Shown in pieces: positions 10,741 through 19,994 of a stretch of 64,000 nucleotides of DNA. The stretch is from the IMG/VR virus record IMGVR_UViG_2524614847_000004, positions 71,534-135,533 of that record; one strand, given 5' to 3'. Both the position numbers and the translations under genes were made by a program. Origin of the DNA: a virus (Duplodnaviria > Caudoviricetes). How positions within the stretch are numbered: position 1 is the stretch's first letter; every line of letters starts with the position of its first letter. The notes below the pieces were generated by a model. That model was not told the DNA's origin, ran no database searches, and worked only from the letters and a program-made list of their open reading frames with translations.

Positions 10741-11184
10741 ATGGGGACTGCATATAAAGAATTAGCTGATTCCGTCTTTGACAAAATTAAGGATCTTGAT
10801 TTTATGGATATGGACGAAAATGTGGCTTATGATGTTGTAATAAGGTATATTCGTCCAGCGATAGTGAAATTTGAGAATTGTAAGCAAGACCTATCAGATA
10901 GAAATGATACACTAGAAGAATTTAATTTTTCACTAGACGACAATACTTTTGAACTTCTTGCTAATTATATGACAATTGAGTGGCTGACTTCTAATTATAT
11001 TCTTACATATCAGGCTTTAAAGGGAAGAATGAGTACATCGGATTTTCACAAAATAGATACAAAAGATATTCTTGGCAAAACCACTGAATTACGTAATTCT
11101 TTAAAAGCAGAAAACGATCAGTTGGCCATTAATAAATCATATCCAAATTCCAAACTATTTTCGATTGTAACGAAAAGAAAGTAG
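10741..11184 (+). CDS. Putative head-tail adaptor
   Basis: Size and position after capsid genes. Confidence 0.5.
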   Translation: MGTAYKELADSVFDKIKDLDFMDMDENVAYDVVIRYIRPAIVKFENCKQDLSDRNDTLEEFNFSLDDNTFELLANYMTIEWLTSNYILTYQALKGRMSTSDFHKIDTKDILGKTTELRNSLKAENDQLAINKSYPNSKLFSIVTKRK

Positions 11185-11192
11185 GTGGAATT

Positions 11193-12284
11193 ATGGGATT
11201 GGAATTAATGAAGGAACGAATTAAAAAGAGTGGGTTATCTGTCAGAGAAGAATTGATAAAAGACGCAAGACAATTATTGGAGAGTGAGAATCAAAACGAC
11301 TCATCTTATTGCCCCACTATGTATAAACTTGTGTTTGACAAAGACGCTACTATTGAAGAAAAAATTAATCCAAGGCTATATTATAAGAAGTATAGCTCAA
11401 GTGCAGGAAAAACTCAAAAAATACAAACCGTATATTCAGAGAAATTTGAAGTAGGCGATTGTTTTTACGATTCAAAGGATTCATCTTATTGGATATGCAC
11501 TGAGGCGTTTGATAATGATGATATATCATGGAACGGTAAACTTGCTTATTGTAACTACAAGCTTCATTGGCAAAATGAGTCTGGTGAAATAATATCTCGC
11601 TATGCTCGTATTCTTAATGCCTCAGCTTATAACAATGGAGAAAAGGAAAATAAAACTCTTACTCTTCAATCTAATCAGTTTATGGTTTATCTACCATATG
11701 ACAATGAAACCATGTTATTGGACGATAATAAGAGAATACATATGTCAAAAAACATTCGGAAGTGTAAGCCATATGAGATTACGAGGATTGATGACATATC
11801 CTATGATTTTACAGATAAGGGGCTGATTAATCTAATTTTTACTCAAGTTCAAGCCAGCCCAACTACTGATAAACTCGTTGATGATGGTACTGGCAATAAA
11901 GTATGGATATGTGACTACAATACCCCATCCTCTCCCACTGATCCAGGTGATGAAAATGGCAATCAAAGTCCAATTTTATTGCAAGCAACATTCACTTGCA
12001 AGGGAGATAAGATAATAAAGGCTGGCGGTAGTGCTAAAACTTTTTCTGTTAGTTTTTCAGGTGAAAACCAAGTGCCGGTTACTGATGTTGATTATATATG
12101 GTCAGTTTCTATCACCAAAGAGTTTAATAACCTATTGACCGTAGAAACACTGTCAAATGGGCAATGTAAGGTAAAACTTGGATATGATGACTTGGTTGTT
12201 GGCAATTATGTAAGATTATCCGTTGTAAACAGTGAAGGTACTGAGATTGGCTACGAATTAATTGAGATTGGAGGGAATCTGTAA
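11193..12284 (+). CDS. Putative head closure/neck protein with Ig-like C-terminus
   Basis: Position; beta-rich C-terminal domain. Confidence 0.45.
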   Translation: MGLELMKERIKKSGLSVREELIKDARQLLESENQNDSSYCPTMYKLVFDKDATIEEKINPRLYYKKYSSSAGKTQKIQTVYSEKFEVGDCFYDSKDSSYWICTEAFDNDDISWNGKLAYCNYKLHWQNESGEIISRYARILNASAYNNGEKENKTLTLQSNQFMVYLPYDNETMLLDDNKRIHMSKNIRKCKPYEITRIDDISYDFTDKGLINLIFTQVQASPTTDKLVDDGTGNKVWICDYNTPSSPTDPGDENGNQSPILLQATFTCKGDKIIKAGGSAKTFSVSFSGENQVPVTDVDYIWSVSITKEFNNLLTVETLSNGQCKVKLGYDDLVVGNYVRLSVVNSEGTEIGYELIEIGGNL

Positions 12285-12820
12285 TGGCAAATAGTGACAT
12301 TATCTCTCTAATCAAGAGAAAAGTAAAGAGTGAAATTATGAATGACCCGATAATTGTAAAAGCTTTTGGGAGTCCCGACTACGATTCTGCCGATGATGGT
12401 TGGTCTGGAGAAGACATTGGAGATAATTATTTATTTACTTGGAACCAGAACCCAGAGACTATTCAAACGGAAATTACTTTTGTGACATTACAAGTACATA
12501 CCGATGCTTATAGGGGAAAATGGATAAAACCGACATTGGAGATATGGATTTATAGCCACAATAGACATATGAAGTTAAACCCAAAAGATTTCCCTGGAAT
12601 TGACGAGAACAGGAATGATCATTTGTCAAAATTACTTGATCTAAAATTTAACGGAAGAACAAGCCTTGGAACAGACGATGATAAGACAAAACTCAATTTA
12701 ATCGGAGAACTGAAACTTACATCTAATAGAGAAGGTGTGTTTAATGCTGATTTTGTATATAGAAGAATGTTGTTTGAAACAAGAGATATAAACAATTCAC
12801 TCTGTTATGATTCGAGGTGA
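12284..12820 (+). CDS. Putative tail terminator/completion protein
   Basis: Size and position before tail tube. Confidence 0.45.
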   Translation: MANSDIISLIKRKVKSEIMNDPIIVKAFGSPDYDSADDGWSGEDIGDNYLFTWNQNPETIQTEITFVTLQVHTDAYRGKWIKPTLEIWIYSHNRHMKLNPKDFPGIDENRNDHLSKLLDLKFNGRTSLGTDDDKTKLNLIGELKLTSNREGVFNADFVYRRMLFETRDINNSLCYDSR

Positions 12821-12824
12821 CAAA

Positions 12825-13568
12825 TTGGAGAATCAATTAATTGATGAATTGAAGATTTATCGTGGAAAAGATATTCTTATAACAGATAAAATATCAATAA
12901 GGCAGCCGACCCTAGGTGAAATCTGTGATTACGGAGAAAAAGAATATTGGTTTATGGTTCATACTCTGGCTTCCGTTGGTGCAGATATGAAATTTCAACT
13001 TTACGATCTCGGATTTGACTATACCAAGATTGATGACTACACTTTATTCTCAAATTTCTTATGTAAGGGGTTCTCTGTGGAAAGAACATCGATATTATTT
13101 GGTGACTTGGATTTTTCAAAATTCCAGTTATTTCAAAAGAGAGACAACGATGATATCGTAATGTACAATTCAACTGATGATATTTTATTTGACGAATATA
13201 CATATTTGGTATTTGTAGAAGCACTTAGAAAAATCCATATGATAAAACGTAATTCACAGTTGCCAGCAAACGAATCAACAAAACAGATCCTAATCGATGA
13301 TGATCGTGAGGCATACGAAATGAGTAAAAATAAACAATATTCTTCTCAATTAAAAAATGTTATTTCATCAATGATTAATCGAGAGGGTTTCAAATGTAAT
13401 CACGACAATGTTTGGGATATGAAAATTAACGCATTTTTAGATTCTGTTAAAAGAATACAGAGAATTAAAGATGCAGATTTATTGCTTCAGAGTGGTTACT
13501 CTGGATATGGACTGGATCTTACAAAGATATCAAATAAGAAACTTGATTGGTTGGGAGAACTTGATTAG
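12825..13568 (+). CDS. Conserved phage tail-region protein
   Basis: GAGGTGA SD then TTG; I.IRQPTLGEI motif. Confidence 0.5.
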   Translation: MENQLIDELKIYRGKDILITDKISIRQPTLGEICDYGEKEYWFMVHTLASVGADMKFQLYDLGFDYTKIDDYTLFSNFLCKGFSVERTSILFGDLDFSKFQLFQKRDNDDIVMYNSTDDILFDEYTYLVFVEALRKIHMIKRNSQLPANESTKQILIDDDREAYEMSKNKQYSSQLKNVISSMINREGFKCNHDNVWDMKINAFLDSVKRIQRIKDADLLLQSGYSGYGLDLTKISNKKLDWLGELD

Positions 13569-13615
13569 TCAGGTTCTTTTTTTAATTAATATAAAAATAT
13601 TGGAGGTAATAATAT

Positions 13616-14410
13616 ATGTTTAATCCTAATGAACTAGTTCTTGAAAAGATTAGGGCAGTTGAGGAATATGATCCAGCAACAAATGAGCTGACTGGACGTT
13701 ATACCCAGATTGAGAGTCCGAGTTTGAAAACATCTGCTGATGGCACTCCGGTAACAGATGCTATGGGGTCAGAGATTACAACGTTTTATAATGCACAGAC
13801 CGGCACATTTGATTTTACAAACAGTCTATTTTCTCTTGATTTGGCTGCTTCGCAGTTTGGAACCCAAAAAGAAGTTGCAAGTTCTACAAACAAAATTATA
13901 ATGCCGGTGTCAGAAACTATTCCCATTGCATCTGACGGAACAGTTGTTTTAAAATATGCACCAATTGGAACTGCTGGAGCGGAAGTAAAATATGTAAAAG
14001 TAATTAACGAAAATAATACCTTTGGTAAGACATACGAAGTTTCTGCAACTGCTGGTGATGGAAAATTCACATTGGACGTAGCCACAAAAACAATCACTCT
14101 TCCATCTGGAGTCACAGGTAGAGCATTTGTTCGTTATGATAAAGAAACTGAAAATGCTGTAAAAGTGTCTAAGAATACGGATGGAGTACCTGCCGTTAAG
14201 TCTCTGCTTATTCATGGAATCTTCCATGATCCATGCAATACAAATCTTGTGTATGCTGGTGTTATTTCTGTTGCTAGAGCACAGATTGATCCCTCTTCTG
14301 TTGAAATCAATTTAACTGCTGATGGAAAACACGCTGCTAGTTATAAGCTTCAGAAGCCATACTGCGATGAAAAAGCTAGACTATTTGACATCATCATTTC
14401 CGAAGATTAA
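13616..14410 (+). CDS. Major tail tube protein
   Basis: Thr/Ser-rich beta protein, strong SD, flanked by terminators. Confidence 0.65.
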   Translation: MFNPNELVLEKIRAVEEYDPATNELTGRYTQIESPSLKTSADGTPVTDAMGSEITTFYNAQTGTFDFTNSLFSLDLAASQFGTQKEVASSTNKIIMPVSETIPIASDGTVVLKYAPIGTAGAEVKYVKVINENNTFGKTYEVSATAGDGKFTLDVATKTITLPSGVTGRAFVRYDKETENAVKVSKNTDGVPAVKSLLIHGIFHDPCNTNLVYAGVISVARAQIDPSSVEINLTADGKHAASYKLQKPYCDEKARLFDIIISED

Positions 14411-14416
14411 TTAACT

Positions 14417-14440
14417 GAGGCGGTGTTCCGCCTCTTTTAT
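14417..14440 (+). terminator. Intrinsic terminator
   Basis: gaggcgg-tgtt-ccgcctc followed by tttt. Confidence 0.7.
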
Positions 14441-14452
14441 TGAGAGGTATTA

Positions 14453-14788
14453 ATGGGAGAACTTAATGCAAAATGCAGTATATGTGGTAAAAAATATCAT
14501 GTATGTCACACTTGCTCAAACACAATATCTTTCACTCCATGGAGAAAGATAACTGATACAACCAACTGTTATAAAATATTTCTAATACTTAGGGATTATA
14601 CCAATGGGTATGTAGATAAAGAGTCTACTAGAGATTTATTAAATGGTTGCGATTTAAAAGAACTTGATACTTATGAAGATAATATTAAAAAGACAATTAA
14701 CGAAATTTTAAAATCAGAGACTGTTGCTAAAAGTAAGAGAAAAAGCAAACTTAAAGAAAGTGAAACCGTCAATGAAAATGATGAATAG
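14453..14788 (+). CDS. Zn-finger hypothetical protein
   Basis: CSICGKKYHVCHTC motif. Confidence 0.6.
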   Translation: MGELNAKCSICGKKYHVCHTCSNTISFTPWRKITDTTNCYKIFLILRDYTNGYVDKESTRDLLNGCDLKELDTYEDNIKKTINEILKSETVAKSKRKSKLKESETVNENDE

Positions 14789-14879
14789 TGATTATTAGAT
14801 TTGGGGATAACCATTATTCATCAGAATTTTGATTATCCCTATTTTTTACGCCAATAAATATATGAAAGTGGTGAATACA

Positions 14880-15086
14880 ATTAGAGAATACAGTGAACAG
14901 TTTAATCGCGAATACGAAATTGAAGATACCGTAAGAATTGTTAATACAAAACAGGCAGGACTTTATATTAAAAATAATGTTCCGCTTATTGATATCTTCT
15001 GGTCTAAAGATAATTTGGTATTTGTATTTAATAAAAATGAAAGTAAAAGAGCCTATCAAAAATGGCTTAATCATGAATTACTATAA
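14880..15086 (+). CDS. DUF5659-like protein (probable ATT start)
   Basis: IVN.KQA..Y...V...DI...LVFVF pattern; GGTGA SD 5 nt before ATT. Confidence 0.5.
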   Translation: MREYSEQFNREYEIEDTVRIVNTKQAGLYIKNNVPLIDIFWSKDNLVFVFNKNESKRAYQKWLNHELL

Positions 15087-15121
15087 AATTCAACTTTGCT
15101 TCAAAAACGAAAGGAGAAACT

Positions 15122-15433
15122 ATGACGGAAATTATTAATCTCATGCCATTACTTGGCATTACAATGGCAATAAATATTTCTCTTGGAATGTATTACAACA
15201 TCGGAGTTAAGTCATTTAATTTCGATTACAAGGTGTTTATCAATGGATTAGTTAAAGCCATTATCATTGGCTCCGCATTTATTGGGCTTGCTTATTGCTT
15301 TGATAAGACAGACCTCTCTTCCATTGGAATTACGCCTACATTAATTATGTATTCAGCAATCGTGCTGTATGCAAGTAAAGATTTAAAAACTCTTGCAAAA
15401 ATTATCGGAGTTGAAACAAAAACGGAGGAATAA
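15122..15433 (+). CDS. Holin
   Basis: Three hydrophobic segments; directly upstream of the endolysin. Confidence 0.7.
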   Translation: MTEIINLMPLLGITMAINISLGMYYNIGVKSFNFDYKVFINGLVKAIIIGSAFIGLAYCFDKTDLSSIGITPTLIMYSAIVLYASKDLKTLAKIIGVETKTEE

Positions 15434-16380
15434 TGATGGGAAAAACCTTATCGGATTTAATTGTTCTCGCCAAAGCACAAGAAGGATATATTGAAAAGGC
15501 TTCTAATTTTAATCTCGATTCCAAAACGGCCAATAAAGGTAGCAATAACTATCAGAAGTTTTCCAGAGATATTAATAATGTTAGCTTGAATGGTTGTCAG
15601 GCACAGGCGTGGTGCTGCACGTTCCAATTCTGGCTTGATCTTCAGACCTTCGGGGTGGAAATTGCTCTTTATCTTTGGAATATGACCAGAGCAACATATG
15701 TTGGTTACAACTGTTTCGCCACATATAACGCCTTTGCTAATAAAGGTAAAGTTGGTAAAACTCCAAAACTGGGGGCAATTGTTATATTTGATTTTTCACA
15801 TGCTGGACGAGTTATTGATATTTATAAGAGAAATGGCCTGACATACATATCATGCATAGAAGGAAATACTTCTTCCAATCTAAATGATAGAAATGGTGGA
15901 CAAGTAAAGACCAAAGAAAGACTTGCAAATGATTCCACAATCAAAGGATATTGCTATATCGACTATGACCAGTTCGAGCAAAAGAAATCCGATTGGCAAG
16001 ATGAGGACAATCATTGGAGATTTTATCTTGGTGACACTGGTAACTGTGTAAAGAATAATTGGTATAGATGGACTTCTAAAACAGACAGAAATGATTATTG
16101 GAGTTTCTTCCTGGGCGACAACGGATTTGCCGTTCAAGGCAATTGGTATCAGCATAATTATAAATGGTATTACTTTGATAACAATTGCGCCATGCTTGCG
16201 AACCAGTGGTTGGAATACGAAGGTAAGTGGTATTACTTTTGTAATTCCGGAGAAATGGTAACTAATGCCTATGTGAAATCTAAGAGTAAGAAAGATGTAT
16301 ATTATTTTATAAATAAAGATGGAATTTGGGAAGGCAAGGAGGAAATCAATCCAGATACTAGCCATTTCAAAGTTTTCTAA
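15433..16380 (+). CDS. Endolysin: CHAP domain plus cell-wall-binding repeats
   Basis: AWCCTF, SHAGRV and IEGNTS CHAP motifs; WYYF repeats. Confidence 0.88.
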   Translation: MMGKTLSDLIVLAKAQEGYIEKASNFNLDSKTANKGSNNYQKFSRDINNVSLNGCQAQAWCCTFQFWLDLQTFGVEIALYLWNMTRATYVGYNCFATYNAFANKGKVGKTPKLGAIVIFDFSHAGRVIDIYKRNGLTYISCIEGNTSSNLNDRNGGQVKTKERLANDSTIKGYCYIDYDQFEQKKSDWQDEDNHWRFYLGDTGNCVKNNWYRWTSKTDRNDYWSFFLGDNGFAVQGNWYQHNYKWYYFDNNCAMLANQWLEYEGKWYYFCNSGEMVTNAYVKSKSKKDVYYFINKDGIWEGKEEINPDTSHFKVF

Positions 16381-16395
16381 AGAAGGGGTTGGAGT

Positions 16396-16764
16396 ATGGA
16401 TGAAAGATATCCCGAACTTGCCGTGAAGGTTGAAAATGCCAGTGTAAAAATCGGAGAACAAGATAGACGCATAAAAACTTGTGAGGATGATATTAAAGAC
16501 CTTAAAGAAGAACAAAAGGTAATTTATCGTTTGGTTAATTCTGTGGAAAATTTAGCAGGTTCTATGACACAATTACGAGCAGATATAGGCGATGTTAAAT
16601 CTGGGCAAGACGCATTGACTGTTAAGGTGGCAGAGATAGAAAATCGACCAGCTAAAGAAACCAAGAAATTCACTGATAACATTAAGGAAAAATTATGGTA
16701 TCTCGTTATCGGCGGAATAGCTGTAACAATATTGTATCAAATCTTACCAAATTTCAGATGGTAG
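16396..16764 (+). CDS. XhlA/hemolysin-like lysis accessory protein
   Basis: Coiled coil plus a C-terminal transmembrane helix, after the endolysin. Confidence 0.55.
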   Translation: MDERYPELAVKVENASVKIGEQDRRIKTCEDDIKDLKEEQKVIYRLVNSVENLAGSMTQLRADIGDVKSGQDALTVKVAEIENRPAKETKKFTDNIKEKLWYLVIGGIAVTILYQILPNFRW

Positions 16765-16771
16765 CCTAATA

Positions 16772-16811
16772 AGGGACAGTTGAGTAATTACTACTCTTCT
16801 GTCCTATTTTG
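16772..16811 (+). terminator. Terminator hairpin with a UU/UU internal loop
   Basis: gggacag-tt-gagta-attac-tactc-tt-ctgtcct followed by atttt. Confidence 0.6.
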
Positions 16812-16905
16812 ATAAATAAGAACGTCTATCTATACGCCAATAGGTTTAGATAGGCGCTTTTGTTGTGCCTAAATGCGGAGTTTATTGAACCGCATTGTTT
16901 GTTTT

Positions 16906-16980
16906 GAGTAGAAGAATATCATGAGGTCGCTCCCATGAAAAGTGGTCATCTCCTTCCACGATCTTCTACTTTTTTGTTTT
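16906..16980 (+). ncRNA. Three-way-junction leader RNA with anti-SD loops before the BRO gene
   Basis: Outer stem gagtagaaga/tcttctactt, two inner hairpins carrying CTCC, followed by a T-tract. Confidence 0.5.
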
Positions 16981-17018
16981 ATTAAGGAGAAAATAAAAGT
17001 TTAAGGGAGAAATATTAT

Positions 17019-17798
17019 ATGAATGAAATAATGATTTTTGAAAATAAGGAATTTGGAAATGTTAGAGCTGTTGAAGTTGACGGAGAACCGTATTTTATAG
17101 GTAAAGATGTAGCAGAAATTCTCGGATACTCTAATCCACGCAAAGCTATTATTGATCACGTTGATGAAGAGGATAAAATGGATGGGGTAACAATTCGTGA
17201 CTCCATCGGAAGAGAACAAAAACCAGTTTGTATTAACGAGTCCGGACTCTATGGACTTATACTTTCTAGTAAAATGCCAAATGCGAAAAGATTTAAGCGC
17301 TGGGCAACAAGTGAAGTATTGCCGTCGATTCGCAAACATGGAATGTATGCTACAGAAGAAACCATTGATAAAATTTTAAGCGACCCAGACTTCGGAATTA
17401 AACTTTTAACACAACTTAAAGAGGAAAGAAATAAAAACACTTTATTGAATAAAGAAAACGATGCATTAGCAGAGAAGAATCTTAAATGGGCAGGTAGAAA
17501 ATTTACTAACGCCTGTGTGCGACGATATGCGGGATTCGCTTGTGAAGGAAATTTTGGTAACGCTTGGATTGAATTTAAGAAAGAAATTTTATATAAGCAC
17601 AGCATCAATCTTAATTCAAGAATTACGCATTATCTGAATAGCACTGGAAAGAAAACAAAACCCAAAACACTGGATATGTTAGATGATTTAGAAGTGCCAA
17701 AAGCAGTATCTACAATTGTTTCTATGTGTAGAGAAAAGGCAGTAGATATATCTGATTTATTGGAGAATGTAGATGATAAGGAAATGTCCAATGAATAG
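17019..17798 (+). CDS. BRO-N/antirepressor family protein
   Basis: FENKEFGNVR..GEPYFIGKDVA.ILGY..INESGLY.LILSS..AKRFK.W.TSEVLPSIRKHGMY. Confidence 0.9.
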   Translation: MNEIMIFENKEFGNVRAVEVDGEPYFIGKDVAEILGYSNPRKAIIDHVDEEDKMDGVTIRDSIGREQKPVCINESGLYGLILSSKMPNAKRFKRWATSEVLPSIRKHGMYATEETIDKILSDPDFGIKLLTQLKEERNKNTLLNKENDALAEKNLKWAGRKFTNACVRRYAGFACEGNFGNAWIEFKKEILYKHSINLNSRITHYLNSTGKKTKPKTLDMLDDLEVPKAVSTIVSMCREKAVDISDLLENVDDKEMSNE

Positions 17799-18324
17799 CG
17801 GTAAGATCTTCGAGAATGCTTTTAAAAAGTCAATCCCAGAATATGTACTATATCATAGGCTAAACGATTCCACGGGAACTTTTTCAGGCGGAAGTAATCT
17901 TAGATTTTCACCTAAACAGCCATGCGATGCATTCCTCTGGAATGGTCACACGAATACCTTTTATGCATTGGAATTGAAAACAAGTAAATCAGGCTCATTC
18001 TCTTATGAAGACGTGAATTGTGATGAAAAGCAACCACCTAAAATGATACATAAACATCAGATATTATCCCTTGATAAACTGTCAAATTATAACGGCGTTG
18101 TTGGTGGCTTCATTTTTAATTTTAGATGCGAATCAGAATCAATTGAACGCACTTATTTTCAAAAAATATGTGATTTTTTATTGATGACAAGTGAACTAAA
18201 TAAGAAATCATTTAATGAAAAGGATTTACTAAAGTATAACCCTGTTGAAATTGCCGGACGTAAGAAAATTAAGAATTGGACTTGGAACGTTGAAAAGTTC
18301 CTTAATGACACCAGATTGAACTAA
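17791..18324 (+). CDS. recU: RecU-like Holliday junction resolvase
   Basis: GKIFE, PCD, ELKT and HQI motifs of the PD-(D/E)xK RecU family. Confidence 0.7.
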   Translation: MNSGKIFENAFKKSIPEYVLYHRLNDSTGTFSGGSNLRFSPKQPCDAFLWNGHTNTFYALELKTSKSGSFSYEDVNCDEKQPPKMIHKHQILSLDKLSNYNGVVGGFIFNFRCESESIERTYFQKICDFLLMTSELNKKSFNEKDLLKYNPVEIAGRKKIKNWTWNVEKFLNDTRLN

Positions 18325-18353
18325 TTAAAATAAAAATATTGGAGGACTAATAT

Positions 18354-18671
18354 ATGAACATTTTTAATAAAATCAAGAATTACTTTGAAAGTAGAAAACA
18401 GGAAAAGATTAAGGAAAACGATTTTAGAGAGACATTTATGGCAATCTCCCTGTATGTATTAAACCAGCATAGTGATTTACTGGAATTGCAAACTGAACTT
18501 GTAAAAAAACAGATGGAAGCAACTGAATCCATTAATAAATTAAACGAATCGGTCAGTGTAGATGATATGAAAAATCTTATGCAGAATATTGATAAGATTT
18601 CAAAGAACCCTGATTTAACATCTACATACTACTCTCATATTGCCGATATTACTCAGGCCGAAAAAGGCTGA
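18354..18671 (+). CDS. Hypothetical protein
   Basis: ORF with GGAGG SD. Confidence 0.55.
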   Translation: MNIFNKIKNYFESRKQEKIKENDFRETFMAISLYVLNQHSDLLELQTELVKKQMEATESINKLNESVSVDDMKNLMQNIDKISKNPDLTSTYYSHIADITQAEKG

Positions 18672-18679
18672 TAAATAAT

Positions 18680-19168
18680 ATGGCTACTATTAGACCGGAA
18701 GACTTAAACTCTTTTTTTCTAAAACAAATCATTAACAAATACAAGGAGTTGCAATTAAAACTACCGGAATATCTAAAGGGGTTTATTTATAGCGAGTTTT
18801 ACAATAAGTATACCCCATCAGACTTATATGACCGTCAGTATCGTATTATTGATGCCATTATGACAAGTAGTATCAAAGTATCTGGCGATACCGTCTCTAT
18901 GGAAATATATCTTGATCCAGATAAGGCATCATACGACCCTTCTATTTGGTATTATCCAAACGGCGCATTTACATATATAAAAGGTGATGATTCGGCCACC
19001 GTATTTGAGAACATGAGAAATGGTATTCACGGATCTCCTGATTTTGGCGTAACAGATGGTGATTTCTGGCAAGCATTTGTCGATTCCGTAAGTCGTGGAG
19101 GAATATACGATTTGTTTCAGGATTTCAAAAAGTATCTAAGTGACACTGTTGAAATAAAGGTTATATAA
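18680..19168 (+). CDS. Hypothetical (neck/tail-completion-like) protein
   Basis: Y..YTP..Y.R motif; position. Confidence 0.4.
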   Translation: MATIRPEDLNSFFLKQIINKYKELQLKLPEYLKGFIYSEFYNKYTPSDLYDRQYRIIDAIMTSSIKVSGDTVSMEIYLDPDKASYDPSIWYYPNGAFTYIKGDDSATVFENMRNGIHGSPDFGVTDGDFWQAFVDSVSRGGIYDLFQDFKKYLSDTVEIKVI

Positions 19169-19180
19169 GGAAGTGATAAA

Positions 19181-19357
19181 TTGGTAAGATATGAATCTGA
19201 ATGCGTTGATTGCAGAAAGCCATGTTTATATAAAAACTGCCCATATTACAGGGTAGTACGACACTATTGTAATGAGTGCGGAGAAGAAATTAGTCACAAT
19301 GAAGATGAAGAGACAGGACTATGCGTGTATTGTTACAGCAAAAATAACTTGTGCTAA
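19181..19357 (+). CDS. Small Cys-rich Zn-finger protein, 58 aa (not in the ORF track)
   Basis: TTG start after AGGAAGTGA; CVDC..PC....CPY..YCNECG..LCVYC. Confidence 0.6.
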   Translation: MVRYESECVDCRKPCLYKNCPYYRVVRHYCNECGEEISHNEDEETGLCVYCYSKNNLC

Positions 19358-19501
19358 TATTTGAGTTTTATATATTAATTTTTGTAATTAATGGTTGCTT
19401 TCTAACAACCGACTTTTGGCAAATTATGTGATATTATGTCATTAATAAATTTATTGCTCATGCAAATACTAGATGTACGACTAAATTGTAGAGGTGTTTG
19501 C

Positions 19502-19720
19502 ATGTTTATAAAATTACGTGACGTAAGAATAGAAAAAGGTATATCAATAAGAGAACTAGAGCAGAAATCGGGGGTTGATAGGTCGACAATCAGTAGGATT
19601 GAGAATGAACAAGCCATTCCTAGCGTATTAACGTTGTGTAAATTGGCATATGCTTTAAATGTGACATTAGATGACTTAGTAGAATATACGGAATATTGTG
19701 AAAAAGAAAAGGGGGAGTAA
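19502..19720 (+). CDS. XRE-family HTH regulator
   Basis: LRDVRIEKGISIRELEQKSGV.RSTISRIEN..PS..TL.KLA.AL; GAGGTG SD before ATG 19502. Confidence 0.85.
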   Translation: MFIKLRDVRIEKGISIRELEQKSGVDRSTISRIENEQAIPSVLTLCKLAYALNVTLDDLVEYTEYCEKEKGE

Positions 19721-19994
19721 TATGTCTGAGAAGATGTATTATAATGTGATTTGTGAGGAGATTGGAGTTACTGGCGGTAAAATTATTCATGTTGATGAGA
19801 ATAAAGGTACGATTCAAGAAGTTCATGATCTTGTAGATGAGAATATTGAAAAGTGGCCAAATGGGAAGTTTATCCAAGATTTTTTAAAGCTTTATTTTCT
19901 ATTTAAATACCGATTTGTTTTAGATTTTAGGCGCTTATGCTGTAACAGGTATGGGCGCTTTTTGTATGTAAAAATGAAAGGAAGTGATTTTCGT

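Noticed and set aside
15880-16515. 211-aa minus-strand ORF and the many other antisense or nested ORFs in the track
   Set aside because: Shadows of well-supported genes on the opposite strand or frame, with no SD or recognisable motifs
19698-19994. N-terminal extension of the recombinase ORF
   Set aside because: Crosses a terminator-like hairpin; a better SD and ATG sit at 19995
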